This document shows positions 8,390 through 16,218 of a stretch of DNA of 18,625 nucleotides, piece after piece (the stretch's first letter is position 1; every line of letters begins with the position of its first letter). The stretch covers positions 1 to 18,625 of the forward strand of contig JANOAV010000090.1 of assembly GCA_031411295.1 (NCBI GenBank), given 5' to 3'. This stretch comes from Verrucomicrobiales bacterium. Its GTDB lineage: Bacteria > Verrucomicrobiota > Verrucomicrobiia > Verrucomicrobiales > V1-33. Under the pieces are notes generated by a model. That model ran no database searches. It was not told the origin of the DNA and worked only from the letters and a program-made list of their open reading frames with translations. The translations under genes were made by a program, and so were the position numbers.

Positions 8390-8654
8390 GAGTTCAGGTT
8401 GGAGGGGTAAAAAAATTCAGGAAACCGCACTGTGGACGGTTTTTCCGCAGGGGAAACGGAAAATTTTCGAGTCTTTTGCTATTTTGATGCCAATGAAAAT
8501 TCGCGAGTGTGGGTCGGCCCGCTGGGCCGCGCCCTGCCAGTGGCTCTGAGCGGTCCAGCAGACTGCTGCCAGGAAGCTCCCCCGGCTGATTTATGAGGAA
8601 AGGACTCCACGAAAATGTAGTTGGCGAAGCCTGTAGGCAGAACTACCGCAACTC

Positions 8655-9935
8655 ATGCTTCGTTTCCTCCCCCTCCTGTTGACCAGTCTGATTTGCCTGC
8701 AGCAAATTTCCGCTGCCCCCAATCCAGAACCATTCCCCCATCCGCCTAACATCAAAGGGCTTCAGGTGCAGATGACGCCCGATGCGATTGAGCTTGGAAT
8801 TCATCATGCTGGAATCAATGTGAATCTCGCTGGATTGATGGATCTCACGGGCAGTCCGGGCCAGCTTTCGCGCTCGGTGGGCGGGAAGACTTTTTTCTTC
8901 AACGAGGCCTATTTGAAATCGCTGGATCGGCAAATCAAACCACTGAGCGACAAGGGAATTCTGGTCTATGCGATACTGCTAGCCTACCCTACGAAGGATC
9001 CCGCCAAGGATGCGATCCTGCTGCACCCGAACCATAAGCCGGATTACAAATTCAGCATTGGGGCGTTTAACAATGTCACTCCGGAAGGCCGGGCCTGGCT
9101 CACGGCGGCAACGGAACTGTTGGCGGAACGGTGGTCGGCACCAGATCAAGCGCATGGCCGCGTCTGGGGCTGGATCATTGGCAACGAAGTGAACTCCCAT
9201 TTCCTGTGGTATAACCTGGGCAACGCCACGCTGGAGCAAGCCACGGACGCCTACGCGCAGGCGTTTCGTTTGATGCACCAAGCCATTCGCAAAGCCTCGA
9301 CCAACGCTCGGCTATACATTTCGTTCGACCATCACTGGCAGATCAGCATGCACAATGTGCATGAGTCGGAGGCCAAGTCGGGGCGAGGGTTTCTGGATGC
9401 GTTTGCCGCTAATATTCGCCAGGGAGGCGATCTGGACTGGCATGTGGCGCATCATCCGTATCCGGAAAATTTGGGGAATCCCAAGACTTGGGAAGATCCC
9501 ACGGTGACCACCAAGGCCGATACGCCAAAGATTACGTTCAAGAATCTGCAGGTCCTGGGGGAATACCTGCATCGGCCAGAACTGCTCTATCGAGGGTTCC
9601 CGCGTCACATCATCTTATCCGAGCAGGGTTTTCATTCCTGGGCCAAGCCGGATGGCCAGGCGTTACAAGCGGCGGGATTCGCTTACGCGTGGGAAAAATG
9701 TCAGCGGGTGCCATTGGTGGATGCGTTCATTTACCATCGCCACGTGGATCACTCGCAGGAGGGTGGATTGAAGCTGGGGCTCTGGACGAACAAGCCCGGC
9801 AGCATTGCTGATCCGGATACGAAAAAGCAACTCTACGATCTCTTCCAGAAGGCGGGAACGCCCGCTTGGAAAGATGCAGCTGCGGCAGTCATGCCACTGA
9901 CAGGCTTGAAATCTTGGGACGAGTTGGGAAAATAA
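8655..9935 (+). CDS. Exported DUF5722-like protein, putative clan GH-A (beta/alpha)8 glycoside hydrolase
   Basis: Signal peptide; KGLQVQM…LGIHHAGINV; acid/base-like WIIGNEVN (Glu codon 9186); YISFDHHW; AHHPYPENL; nucleophile-like ILSEQGF (Glu codon 9621); AFIYHRHVD…GLKLGLW. Confidence 0.75.
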   Translation: MLRFLPLLLTSLICLQQISAAPNPEPFPHPPNIKGLQVQMTPDAIELGIHHAGINVNLAGLMDLTGSPGQLSRSVGGKTFFFNEAYLKSLDRQIKPLSDKGILVYAILLAYPTKDPAKDAILLHPNHKPDYKFSIGAFNNVTPEGRAWLTAATELLAERWSAPDQAHGRVWGWIIGNEVNSHFLWYNLGNATLEQATDAYAQAFRLMHQAIRKASTNARLYISFDHHWQISMHNVHESEAKSGRGFLDAFAANIRQGGDLDWHVAHHPYPENLGNPKTWEDPTVTTKADTPKITFKNLQVLGEYLHRPELLYRGFPRHIILSEQGFHSWAKPDGQALQAAGFAYAWEKCQRVPLVDAFIYHRHVDHSQEGGLKLGLWTNKPGSIADPDTKKQLYDLFQKAGTPAWKDAAAAVMPLTGLKSWDELGK

Positions 9936-9957
9936 TATTTTGAACACACTTTTCGCC

Positions 9958-12360
9958 ATGAATAACTTCCGATCGCTATTTCTGTTGAGTTTAATCTCGG
10001 TGCAGGCCATGCCAGCAAGTGATTCCGAGTGGTATGAATCCACGGCCGGACTGGCCCAGGCCGAACCTGTGATGCGCTGGAGCTTCACGAAAGAGTCGGA
10101 TCGCACCCAGTGGAAAATCGGCGCAGATTTATCCCTCGCCATGGCATCAGAGGGCGTGAAGTTGCAAACCAAGGGAGGCGATCCTTCCATGGTGGCCACG
10201 ATACCGACCGAACTAACCGGACCGCTGGCGGTCAAGATCATTTGCCGACAGGCGGAAGAAATGTCTTATCTGGAGCTGTTTCCAGCCGGAGCGGATGGTA
10301 AATTCAACGCTGCTCACATGGTGCGTCGCATGGTGTTGGGGAAGCCAGGTTGGCAATCAGTCTGGTTTTCCTTGCCGGTTGGCGGATTGAAGTCATTGCG
10401 CTTCGATCCCGAGGGTGGAAAGCATGAGTTGGACTTGCAGGAGATCGCCATTTATCTCCTTAAACTTCAGCGCGCCAAGGAGCATCCAGTGCTGCCGAAG
10501 CCCGAGTGGAAGAATACCTTCTACCTGGTGCCGATCCACGAAACGTTCGATGACGCCCGCTATGATGACGGTTCACGACGCAAGGACATGGCAAAGTTGG
10601 CAGAGGAGTTCGGCCCGGGTCGGCTGTATATGCGTTCTGGTTTCTCCGCTTCCAGCGCGCAGAGTTGGCACAAGACGAGTCCGCAGCGGCTGATGCCCAT
10701 GCTGGAGGAAGCGGGGCTGGTATGGCACGCGCATCATCATGTGGGGAATCATTCCATCGGGCGGTATCCGGTGCTCCTGGAGGCGGTGAAGTTGGATCGG
10801 CGTAACGCCTCCTGGCGGGCGGATGGGAACTGTCGGGGCGTGGCCACTAACTGGACGGACGCGAAGGTCTTCAACGAAGAAGGTCTGGCGCGGACCAGTG
10901 TGCTGACGTGCATTTCCAGATTGAATAAGGAAGTGGTGCAGGCGCGGCTGGCAGCGGCGCGTTGGTTAAATGAAACGCAAGGTCATGCGGCGGCTGCGCG
11001 CGAGCATCCTGAAGTGATGATTTCGGCGGGCTGTAGTGTGGAAAATGAGCTGGCGATGTCCCCTCACGCGTGGGGTTGTTACAGTCCGTATTCGGTGCAG
11101 GAATTTCAGGATTGGTTGCGGCATCGTGGCGGGTATGAGGCAGGGAAAGGGCATGCCGCTCAGGCCGCTCCAGAGGCGTTGACGGGCCCCTGGGCTATGA
11201 TTGCAGGCGCTCAGCGGAGTGCATTTTATGATGATCCCTCGCCAGCGGAGGCGCATGGAACTGGGGTTAGTTTTAATGATTTCTACGGCACCAAGTTCAC
11301 GAGTTGGAAGCTGGAGTATTGGGATTTCGCAGACTTCCCAGCTGGTTCACTCCCATGGGCGGCGGATTTGGGAAATACGTTGCCCGCCGAAGGTGAGCGC
11401 GGAAATTGCAATGGTCAGGGTTTCGATGCTCCGCGGGTGGCTGATCTCAAGAGTAAGTTCTGGCTGGCCTGGGACAACGAAGAGGCAGCGGCGGCAGGTT
11501 ACCGACAGTTCTCCATCTGGGCCTGGAATCAGGACGTGGTGGCGGACTTTGTGGCCACGGGATTCCCCGAATCACATTTGTTCTCACATCAGATTCCCGC
11601 TGAGTTTCTGAGCAAGCGCGTGTTGCCAGAGGCAAATTATCGCTCAGGGATGAACGTTCCCTTACTGCGTCGGTTCACCACCGCCACCCCGTTGTGGACC
11701 GCTGATGACACGAAGGGAAACTACGGTGGCTTCGGCCTGGGCATGACCACGTTTGACTACATGGCGGATGAAACGGTCTTTGCCAAAGCGCGTCGCTTTG
11801 ATGCCAATTGGGCACTGTTGGAATACCATCCTGATTCGATGAAATCAGGGTATCGTCGCTGCTTGGATTCCTTGCAGGCGCTGTATCGGCAGCGGGTCCA
11901 TGTGCTGGCTCCGGGCTGGTGGGGCTACAAAAAACCGCCGTTCATGCTGGACGGCACGGACTTCTCCAAAGCAATTAAAGATTGGATGAAGAATCCCAGT
12001 GGTTTCGATGAAACTGACCAACCATGGGACGGCAGGGCATTGATGGATTTCACCCCCCCCGCCGTGCATGGTCTGAAACTGGAAACCGTGGGCGCTACGA
12101 AAAAACTTACCTGGAGCGACCGACTCTGGTCGGACGTGCATTACGCCACGTGGTCGCTCTGGCATGAATGGAAGGGCGGTGAGTTCCTCATTTCGCGGCA
12201 GTCTGCCAGTCAATCGAAGCCGGAGGTCGTGGCCTCCGTGCCCGGCACGACGTTTACTTGGACGGATGCGAAGCCACCTGAGGGAGCAGTGCGGTATTTT
12301 GTCCACGCCAAACGAACCGCTGGATGCAGCCTTGAGGGGGCTCAGGCAACGGTTGAGTGA
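9958..12360 (+). CDS. Large exported protein: N-terminal CBM-like jelly roll, central putative GH-A (GH42-like) catalytic barrel, C-terminal Fn3/Ig-like domain
   Basis: ATG at 9958 (ORF track starts at TTG 9940) gives the signal peptide MNNFRSLFLLSLISVQA. GGDP…LRFDP jelly-roll motif. SVENELAM..WGCYSPYSVQEFQDWLRHR..Y resembles the GH42 NE / Y-S-x-x-x-x-x-F-x-x-W-L segment. WALLEYHP is a candidate nucleophile. The C-terminus PPAVHGLKL…LTWS…FTWTD…VRYFVHA is Fn3-like. Confidence 0.6.
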   Translation: MNNFRSLFLLSLISVQAMPASDSEWYESTAGLAQAEPVMRWSFTKESDRTQWKIGADLSLAMASEGVKLQTKGGDPSMVATIPTELTGPLAVKIICRQAEEMSYLELFPAGADGKFNAAHMVRRMVLGKPGWQSVWFSLPVGGLKSLRFDPEGGKHELDLQEIAIYLLKLQRAKEHPVLPKPEWKNTFYLVPIHETFDDARYDDGSRRKDMAKLAEEFGPGRLYMRSGFSASSAQSWHKTSPQRLMPMLEEAGLVWHAHHHVGNHSIGRYPVLLEAVKLDRRNASWRADGNCRGVATNWTDAKVFNEEGLARTSVLTCISRLNKEVVQARLAAARWLNETQGHAAAAREHPEVMISAGCSVENELAMSPHAWGCYSPYSVQEFQDWLRHRGGYEAGKGHAAQAAPEALTGPWAMIAGAQRSAFYDDPSPAEAHGTGVSFNDFYGTKFTSWKLEYWDFADFPAGSLPWAADLGNTLPAEGERGNCNGQGFDAPRVADLKSKFWLAWDNEEAAAAGYRQFSIWAWNQDVVADFVATGFPESHLFSHQIPAEFLSKRVLPEANYRSGMNVPLLRRFTTATPLWTADDTKGNYGGFGLGMTTFDYMADETVFAKARRFDANWALLEYHPDSMKSGYRRCLDSLQALYRQRVHVLAPGWWGYKKPPFMLDGTDFSKAIKDWMKNPSGFDETDQPWDGRALMDFTPPAVHGLKLETVGATKKLTWSDRLWSDVHYATWSLWHEWKGGEFLISRQSASQSKPEVVASVPGTTFTWTDAKPPEGAVRYFVHAKRTAGCSLEGAQATVE

Positions 12361-12381
12361 GATTGAAGCTTCTTTGATCTG

Positions 12382-13116
12382 ATGAATTTCCCCACCACGC
12401 ACTGGAGTGTATTGGCGCAGGCCACGATGCATGGCGATGCGGCGGGGAGGGCTGCGCTGGGAAAGCTTTGCCAGGCGTATTGGCGGCCAGTGGCGGAATT
12501 TCTGCGCCAGCGTGGTTGGAGTCAGATGGATGCCGAGGACATGACGCAGGAATTCTTTAGCGCCCTGCTGCAATCGCGTGGGTGGCACCGGGCGGATCGG
12601 GCGCGGGGGAAATTTCGGAATTTCCTGCTGGGGGCATTGATGCGGGTGCTGCACAAGGAACGGGAGCGATCCCAAGCCCAGAAGCGGGGCGGCGGGCAAA
12701 TGCTGGCCAGCTTGGATGAACTGGCGGAAGAGGGGTTCGAGCCAGGGGAAATGGATCCGTCCGCTGCGCAAATTTTCAATCAAGCATGGGCGGAGCAAGT
12801 GATGGACGCTGCTTTGGAGTCGGTGGCCACGACCTGGGAGGAGGAAGGCCGGGGCCCAGCCCTGCAAGTGCTACTGGCGTTCCTGCCCGCAGGAACGCCA
12901 CCGATGCCATATGAGCAAGCCGCGCAGCAACTCTGCATGAGCCTCGGGGCGGTTAAATCGCAAATTATGCGACTGCGTCAGCAGTTTCGCGAGGCACTGG
13001 AATCACAGATTGCACGAACGGTTAGTGCTCCCCATGAGGTGGCGGAGGAAATGGCTCATTTGTATGCTGTGCTGGCGCATCCGGGATATCCCTTGATTTA
13101 TCAGGATCCTCCTTGA
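12382..13116 (+). CDS. ECF-type RNA polymerase sigma factor (FPTTxWS N-terminal type)
   Basis: FPTTHWSVL; region 2 LCQAYWRPV…DAEDMTQEFF…GKFRNFL…KRGGG; region 4 HTH YEQAAQQLCMSLGAVKSQIMRLRQQFRE. Confidence 0.88.
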   Translation: MNFPTTHWSVLAQATMHGDAAGRAALGKLCQAYWRPVAEFLRQRGWSQMDAEDMTQEFFSALLQSRGWHRADRARGKFRNFLLGALMRVLHKERERSQAQKRGGGQMLASLDELAEEGFEPGEMDPSAAQIFNQAWAEQVMDAALESVATTWEEEGRGPALQVLLAFLPAGTPPMPYEQAAQQLCMSLGAVKSQIMRLRQQFREALESQIARTVSAPHEVAEEMAHLYAVLAHPGYPLIYQDPP

Positions 13117-13127
13117 GCCCCCGCGGC

Positions 13128-13856
13128 TTATGAGCCGGGCGTGGCTGGCTCTTTGGCTTCCTTCAGCACGGCCTTGAGGTCTTTCCGCAAGGCCTCGGCA
13201 TAGACATCATTCATTTCACTCTGGCTGAAATCATAGGTGCCACGGATGCGGCGTTTGTGATCCACCAGCACGAGCACGAGCCGGTGATCGTAAGCATCAA
13301 ACTCGTTCTTCCGCTCTGCGAGGGGCACTTCGCGCACTTCGAGTTTGAATTGATCCTTCATATAACCCCGGAGCAAGGGACCATTGCCGGTGAGGAACCA
13401 CCAATTGTCTCCTTTGAAGTCTTGCGTGCCAGTCCAGGCCCGAAGCCGTTCGGGCGTATCCCACTCCGCATTCAGACTTACTGAGACCAGCTGGAACATA
13501 GGATCTGAACCGAACTCAGTCTGCAGTTTCTTCATTTCCATGGCCAAGCCGGCGCAACCGCGGGGGCAGAGCGTATAGAGGAATCCCGCCACCCAGACCT
13601 TGCCTTCCAGTTGACCAATATCCACTTCTTTGCCAGACATTTCCGTCGCTTTTAGATTCTCTTTCAATCGGCCATCATAGCTGGGACGGTCTTGGGCGTG
13701 CTTGCTATCCGTTTTCAGCTTCACCAGATATTGCCAGAAGATCACGCCTCCCAGAGCCATGAAAATGAAGCAGAACATAAGCACCGTTCCGTGTTTTTTG
13801 GTGGGAACGTAATCGGCGGCAATTTGCGGTGGGGGGAGTGGGGTGGGGGTGTCCAT
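13128..13856 (-). CDS. SCO family copper chaperone (Sco1/SenC)
   Basis: One N-terminal TM helix; CxxxC in YTLCPRGCAG; DTPERLR; WWFLTG; distal His in YDHRLVLVLVD..RIRGTYD. Likely start is the ATG at 13856 (ORF track 13913). Confidence 0.88.
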   Translation of the reverse strand: MDTPTPLPPPQIAADYVPTKKHGTVLMFCFIFMALGGVIFWQYLVKLKTDSKHAQDRPSYDGRLKENLKATEMSGKEVDIGQLEGKVWVAGFLYTLCPRGCAGLAMEMKKLQTEFGSDPMFQLVSVSLNAEWDTPERLRAWTGTQDFKGDNWWFLTGNGPLLRGYMKDQFKLEVREVPLAERKNEFDAYDHRLVLVLVDHKRRIRGTYDFSQSEMNDVYAEALRKDLKAVLKEAKEPATPGS

Positions 13857-13885
13857 AATCAAGTTGGGGTGAAATTTAACGACTC

Positions 13886-14866
13886 TTAGTGGCGGGTCTT
13901 GGCCAGCAGGCAAAGGGCAACGAGCACGATAGGGAGGTAGAGCAGGGTGTTAAGGAAAAGGGTGCGGGCCGCCGCCCGGTCGCGCAAGCGGCGGAATTTC
14001 AACGCCAGCAGCACCAACCATCCGCCCAGCAGCAAGCCGATCACCGTAAAGACCGGCCCGGCAAATCCAGCGGCCCAGGGATGCAGCGCCAGCAGCATCA
14101 GCGCCACACTGAAGCCAACTGCCAGCTTGGACGTGAGTTCGCCTGACGCATCTTCATTGGCCCACATGACGAAGCCTCCACGGATATATTCCTCGCGATA
14201 CATCCAATTGATGGCCAAAAAATGCGGCATTTGCCAAAGAAACAACAGTGCGAAGAGAAAGATCGCCTCTTGGTCGAAATAGTGCGTCCACCGAAACAAG
14301 CGGTGCGTGGCTTCGTCTGGTCCGGCCACTGCGCCCACCCAGCCAATGACCGGCGGCAGGGCACCGGCTACGGCCCCCACCAGGGTATTCAGGGTGGAGC
14401 GTTGTTTCATCGGGGTGTAGATGAAGAGGTAGGTGATCAGCGTTAAGGCTCCCAGTGCGGCCGATTCCACGTTGACCCTGGTTCCCAAATGCAGCAGGCC
14501 GATGGCGGAGAGCAGCCAACCGATGAAAAAGGCATGCTCCCGGCGGATCCGTCCCCCGGGGAGTGGACGGGAAGCCGTGCGATGCATCTTGGCATCGGCC
14601 GTCACCTCCATGAGTTGATTGAATACCGCTGCACCAAAGGCCGTCAGCGTGGTGCCAAATATCGTGTGCACCATGCCCCAACCGAACCCTTTCCAGCCGA
14701 GCCCCAGCCAGTATCCCACAAACGTGGTGACCACCACCATCAAACTCAGTCGCGCCTTGGTCAGCGTCATGAAGTCCGCCCGGGAGATAAACCCATGCGT
14801 CGCCTGATCCGTCTCGAGGGGCGGAGGAGGAGTGGCTTCGGGGTCGGCAGTGGGGGAGTCAGGCAT
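13886..14866 (-). CDS. ctaB: Protoheme IX farnesyltransferase (heme o synthase), UbiA family
   Basis: Motifs LTKARL, FNQLME..DAKMHRTASRPLPGG, YTPMKQ, GAVAGALPPVIGW, FLWQMPHF and YREEY; multiple TM helices. Likely start is the ATG at 14866 (ORF track 14980). Confidence 0.93.
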   Translation of the reverse strand: MPDSPTADPEATPPPPLETDQATHGFISRADFMTLTKARLSLMVVVTTFVGYWLGLGWKGFGWGMVHTIFGTTLTAFGAAVFNQLMEVTADAKMHRTASRPLPGGRIRREHAFFIGWLLSAIGLLHLGTRVNVESAALGALTLITYLFIYTPMKQRSTLNTLVGAVAGALPPVIGWVGAVAGPDEATHRLFRWTHYFDQEAIFLFALLFLWQMPHFLAINWMYREEYIRGGFVMWANEDASGELTSKLAVGFSVALMLLALHPWAAGFAGPVFTVIGLLLGGWLVLLALKFRRLRDRAAARTLFLNTLLYLPIVLVALCLLAKTRH

Positions 14867-15031
14867 ACGTTGATTACTTGAAACGGATACGCCTGCCGCG
14901 CAAGGAGGGAAACAGCCTTGGCCCTCCGGGCCGCATCGCCTACCTTGTCGGTCCCTGTTAAAATATTCGGTTGCCGCCACCGCAACTCACTGGCAGTTCA
15001 AGCGTGTCCTTAATTTCCCCCGATCCATCCC

Positions 15032-15838
15032 ATGTTAACTTTCACAAAAATGAACGGAGCCGGCAATGACTTTGTCATGGTCGATAACCGCTCCAACACC
15101 CTGCAACTTACCAACGCCCAGATCGCGCAACTGTGTGATCGGCATCGTGGCGTGGGAGCAGATGGTCTCATAGCCGTGGAGCCCGCAGTTCAAGGCGCGG
15201 ATGTCCGCATGCGCTACTACAATGCAGACGGTGGGGAAGTGGACATGTGCGGCAATGGCGCGCGGTGTTTTTCCCGTTACGTCAACCGCCTCATGGGCGG
15301 AAATCTCACGAATCTCAGCTTCGAAACACCCGCCGGAATCCTTTCCGCTAAATACGAAGGCGAACTCGTGCGCCTGGCCATGAGCGCACCCCACAGCTTG
15401 GCGCTGGGAGCCAAGCTACCGGTCGCAGACACCGAATTGGAAGTCCATTTCATCAACACCGGCGTGCCGCACGCCGTAGTCCTCGTGGATGATCTGGAAA
15501 ATACTCCCATCGTGAAATGGGGGGCCGCCCTGCGTTACCACGAACATTTCGCCCCCAAAGGCACCAATGCCAATTTCATGAAAGTAATCGCCCCTGGACA
15601 CATCGCCATCCGCACCTACGAGCGCGGCGTGGAGGATGAAACCCTGGCTTGCGGCACGGGCATGGTCGCCTGCGCCCTGATCCATCATTTGCTCCACGGA
15701 GCCACCGGCCCGGTCAGCGTGGATGTCCGCGGCGGAGACACCCTGCATATCGGCTTCACCCCCGCAGGCGATCAATTTACCGATGTCACCCTAACGGGTC
15801 CAGCTGATTTCGTCTTCGAAGGCACAGCCACCATGTAA
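15032..15838 (+). CDS. dapF: Diaminopimelate epimerase
   Basis: FTKMNGAGNDF, CDRHRGVGADG, YYNADG..DMCGNGARC, NTGVPHAV and RTYERGVEDETLACGTG; both catalytic cysteines are present. Confidence 0.97.
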   Translation: MLTFTKMNGAGNDFVMVDNRSNTLQLTNAQIAQLCDRHRGVGADGLIAVEPAVQGADVRMRYYNADGGEVDMCGNGARCFSRYVNRLMGGNLTNLSFETPAGILSAKYEGELVRLAMSAPHSLALGAKLPVADTELEVHFINTGVPHAVVLVDDLENTPIVKWGAALRYHEHFAPKGTNANFMKVIAPGHIAIRTYERGVEDETLACGTGMVACALIHHLLHGATGPVSVDVRGGDTLHIGFTPAGDQFTDVTLTGPADFVFEGTATM

Positions 15839-15877
15839 GCGTCGCGCGGTCGGAATGGTGCGCGCCTGCCCTGCCAT

Positions 15878-16057
15878 TCACTTCACCAGATACGCCCCGC
15901 AACTCTCCCGCACCATCAACCGCGGTGTCAGCAGCAGACTGCGGGCCGGCAGCGTGGGATTGGCCATGCGTTCGCGCAGCGCATTGAAAGCCGTTAGCGC
16001 AATCTCCCGGCACGGCTGTTGAATGGTGGTTAGCGGAACGGACAGCAGCGTGGCAAC
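15878..16057 (-). pseudogene. 3' remnant (59 codons) of a LacI-fold transcriptional regulator (LacI or GntR-LacI/AraR type)
   Basis: My manual translation of the minus strand is VATLLSVPLTTIQQPCREIALTAFNALRERMANPTLPARSLLLTPRLMVRESCGAYLVK*, which has the PLTTIxQP…LxVRES C-terminal signature of LacI-family effector domains. An in-frame TAG at 16060-16058 lies directly upstream, and no minus frame in 16061-16140 contains the expected GFDD motif. Not in the ORF track. Confidence 0.85.
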
Positions 16058-16058
16058 C

Positions 16059-16103
16059 TAGCCGGAGGCCCGGCTAACGTCGCCTTTCCCTGGGTGGCCC
16101 AGG
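16059..16103. repeat. Two adjacent perfect short inverted repeats at the pseudogene breakpoint
   Basis: TAGCCGG(16059-16065)-AGGC-CCGGCTA(16070-16076) and CCTGGG(16089-16094)-TGG-CCCAGG(16098-16103). Confidence 0.6.
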
Positions 16104-16218
16104 ATCAGCAGACGCTCGAATCGCTCTGAGGACTGTGTGGCACACGCACATCCACCCTAAGATTTCTTGCCCAGCATCCTTTTTGGAAACAAATCACCAG
16201 GCTGTGTCATTACTCTTG

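Noticed and set aside
7445..8410. Plus-strand ORFs of 184, 205 and 106 aa
   Set aside because: Antisense to the well-supported class V aminotransferase, with no recognisable motifs.
9929..9941. Perfect AT palindrome AAAATA-A-TATTTT at the DUF5722/next-gene junction
   Set aside because: Short, low-complexity and overlapping the last codon and stop. Too weak to call an operator or terminator.
11845..12867. 340-aa minus-strand ORF
   Set aside because: Entirely antisense to the 800-aa protein and the ECF sigma; Arg/Pro/His-rich with no motif, typical of high-GC shadow ORFs.
13829..13851. G-run tract GTGGGGGGAGTGGGGTGGGGGTG (G-quadruplex-like)
   Set aside because: Fully explained as the antisense of Pro/Thr codons (TPTPLPP) at the Sco N-terminus.
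1638..14866. A single copper/respiratory system linking the azurin-like fusion with sco-ctaB
   Set aside because: About 10 kb and several unrelated transcription units separate them. ctaB-sco is an ordinary oxidase-assembly pair.
15786..16013. 75-aa minus-strand ORF after dapF
   Set aside because: Wrong frame. The real coding signal here is the LacI-like remnant in another minus frame (15878-16057).
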